Source: an uncultured Methanolobus sp.
GTDB taxonomy: Archaea; Halobacteriota; Methanosarcinia; Methanosarcinales; Methanosarcinaceae
Direction: 5' to 3'
NCBI GenBank assembly: GCA_963675495.1
Contig: OY776215.1
Coordinates: 992,001-1,056,000, forward strand
Length of the DNA: 64,000 nt
Position 1 is the stretch's first letter. Every line of letters starts with the position of its first letter. The notes under the pieces are model-generated. The model did no database searches. It had not been told where the DNA came from and saw only the letters and a list, made by a program, of their open reading frames with translations. The position numbers were made by a program, and so were the translations under genes. This document shows, piece after piece, positions 62,480 through 64,000 of this stretch.

Positions 62480-63679
62480 ATGACAAAATCACTTTCCATT
62501 CAGCAAGCCAGAAAACTGGTGTTGCTCTCACAGAGACTGCCTCCAACAAAACAAACCGGTGGTGCAATTACCGCCACGCTGTCAGCTATTGAACATCTTG
62601 GTTATGTCCAGATAGACACGATCTCGGCCGTCCAGCGTGCACACCATCATACCCTATGGAATCGCAACCCTCGCTACGACCTTTCTCACATCGATCAACT
62701 GCTTGCTGACAAAAAAATCTTTGAATACTGGTCTCATGCTGCCGCTTACCTGCCCATGTATGATTACCGCTACACCTTACCTCGCAAACAGGCCATTGCA
62801 AACGGGGATCTGAATCACTGGTATGAGCGTGATGAGAAGCTGATGAGATCGATGCTCAAACGTATTGCTGATGAAGGGCCATTGATGGCTAAAGACTTTG
62901 AACATACTGGTGAAAAAATCGGCGAATGGACGATAAAACCCACTAAAATCGCCTTAGAATATCTGTTTATGCAGGGCGACCTCATGGTCCCTGGCCGGGT
63001 TAATTTTCACAAGGTTTATGACCTCACCGAACGGGTATTGCCTGAGGATATAGACACTTCCATGCCCACTCCAGAGGAATATGCTCGTTTTCTGATCACA
63101 CGATATCTGCAATCAAATGGACTGGGGCAGGCTACCGAAATAACATATTTACTGAAAAACACCAAATCGCTTGTTTCTCTTACCTTACAGGAAATGGTTT
63201 CAAGTGGGGAGTTGCTACAGATTAGTGTCGGTGATACTAGCTATTATGCGTTACCAGCTTCACTTGAACTGTTGAGTAAAACGCTGGCTCGCAGTAAACT
63301 TAAAATTCTATCACCATTTGATAATCTGCTCATCCAGCGCAAGCGCATGCAGACATTGTTTGGCTTTGACTATCAGGTCGAATGCTATGTCCCTAAAGCT
63401 AAACGTCAATACGGCTATTTCTCTTTACCCATTTTATGGGATGGAAAACTGGTTGCACGCATGGACTGCAAAGCCGATAGAAAAGAATCATTGTTGCATA
63501 TTCATCATCTTGCACTGGAACCCTGGCTTGTAAAAACTGAAGCTTTTTCCATTGCCCTGTATAAAGAACTTGTATCCTTCATGCAGTTTAATAACTGTAG
63601 TAATCTTCAATTACACAGAACCTCCCCTGCTGAATTTAAACCAATACTGGAAACTGCAATCAACAGCTTGATGAAATGA
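62480..63679 (+). CDS. YcaQ/AlkZ family winged-helix DNA glycosylase (crosslink repair)
   Basis: VQIDTI (QxD), FEYWSHAA, LSPFDNL, RQYGYF.LPIL motifs. Confidence 0.88.
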   Translation: MTKSLSIQQARKLVLLSQRLPPTKQTGGAITATLSAIEHLGYVQIDTISAVQRAHHHTLWNRNPRYDLSHIDQLLADKKIFEYWSHAAAYLPMYDYRYTLPRKQAIANGDLNHWYERDEKLMRSMLKRIADEGPLMAKDFEHTGEKIGEWTIKPTKIALEYLFMQGDLMVPGRVNFHKVYDLTERVLPEDIDTSMPTPEEYARFLITRYLQSNGLGQATEITYLLKNTKSLVSLTLQEMVSSGELLQISVGDTSYYALPASLELLSKTLARSKLKILSPFDNLLIQRKRMQTLFGFDYQVECYVPKAKRQYGYFSLPILWDGKLVARMDCKADRKESLLHIHHLALEPWLVKTEAFSIALYKELVSFMQFNNCSNLQLHRTSPAEFKPILETAINSLMK

Positions 63680-63898
63680 TTTTTTGGTATTAAGGCGACT
63701 ATCGTTGTCCAGGCTAAAATGGGAGCAAACACCTGTCTACTAAGGTATTTCTATTCATGATGACCAAGTCCTGTTTTAGTTCCTGAATTTGGAATAATGT
63801 TTAATTACAAGATGCCATTCATTTGAACATTTGCTATCCAAATAATGAACATCATCTATTCTACGAATCATCACACAATGCAAAAATAAATAAAAATA

Positions 63899-63924
63899 TT
63901 TAATGGTGTAGCTACACCATTAAA
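63899..63924. terminator. Perfect 26-bp palindrome between convergent genes
   Basis: TTTAATGGTGTAGCTACACCATTAAA; followed by a T-rich run on the minus strand. Confidence 0.55.
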
Positions 63925-63939
63925 CTTTGAATGATGTTT

Positions 63940-64000
63940 TTATTGTTGTTCTCTTTTCAGAATCAGACCCATCAGTGATACCAGGCCAATTGCCATGAAT
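63940..64000 (-). CDS. C-terminal TM tail of a gene continuing beyond the window
   Basis: FMAIGLVSLMGLILKREQQ-stop: hydrophobic segment plus basic tail. Confidence 0.55.
   Translation of the reverse strand, partial: FMAIGLVSLMGLILKREQQ

Overview
AT-rich archaeal chromosome segment from a methylotrophic methanogen of the Methanosarcinaceae (probably Methanolobus-like; this is inferred from gene content and order, not from a search). 1-24 kb holds housekeeping and surface genes: an S8 protease, KEOPS Kae1/Bud32, an orphan archaellin, RlmE, acVLRF1, the archaeal CoA pathway and mtaD/ahcY. 24.6-38.2 kb is tRNA-Lys plus the conserved RNA polymerase / S12-S7-EF2-EF1A-S10 cluster. 38.4-50.2 kb is a sulfur- and C1-related block: SQR-like + DUF1641; corrinoid protein-methyltransferase-DUF1638 histidine kinase; and a nadA/moaE/moeB/pscS/HTH/sufS/fdhD/SAMP cluster. 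52-64 kb, after tRNA-Arg(CCG), is an accessory mosaic of flavodoxins, Fe-S flavoproteins, bacterial-type ribBA and ycaQ, and two regulator pseudogenes. Most notable: (1) the methyltransferase gene ends in an in-frame TAG two codons before the kinase ATG, so pyrrolysine read-through would give a methyltransferase-kinase fusion in a candidate corrinoid-based signalling system; (2) a palindrome TTCACAATTGTGAA occurs five times at the four promoters of the sulfur-relay cluster; (3) the SAMP gene has a structured leader with a hidden uORF; (4) three island promoters share TGTAC-N13-GTACA; (5) RNAP subunit B'' apparently starts at AUA. No CRISPR array, rRNA, integrase or intact transposase was seen.
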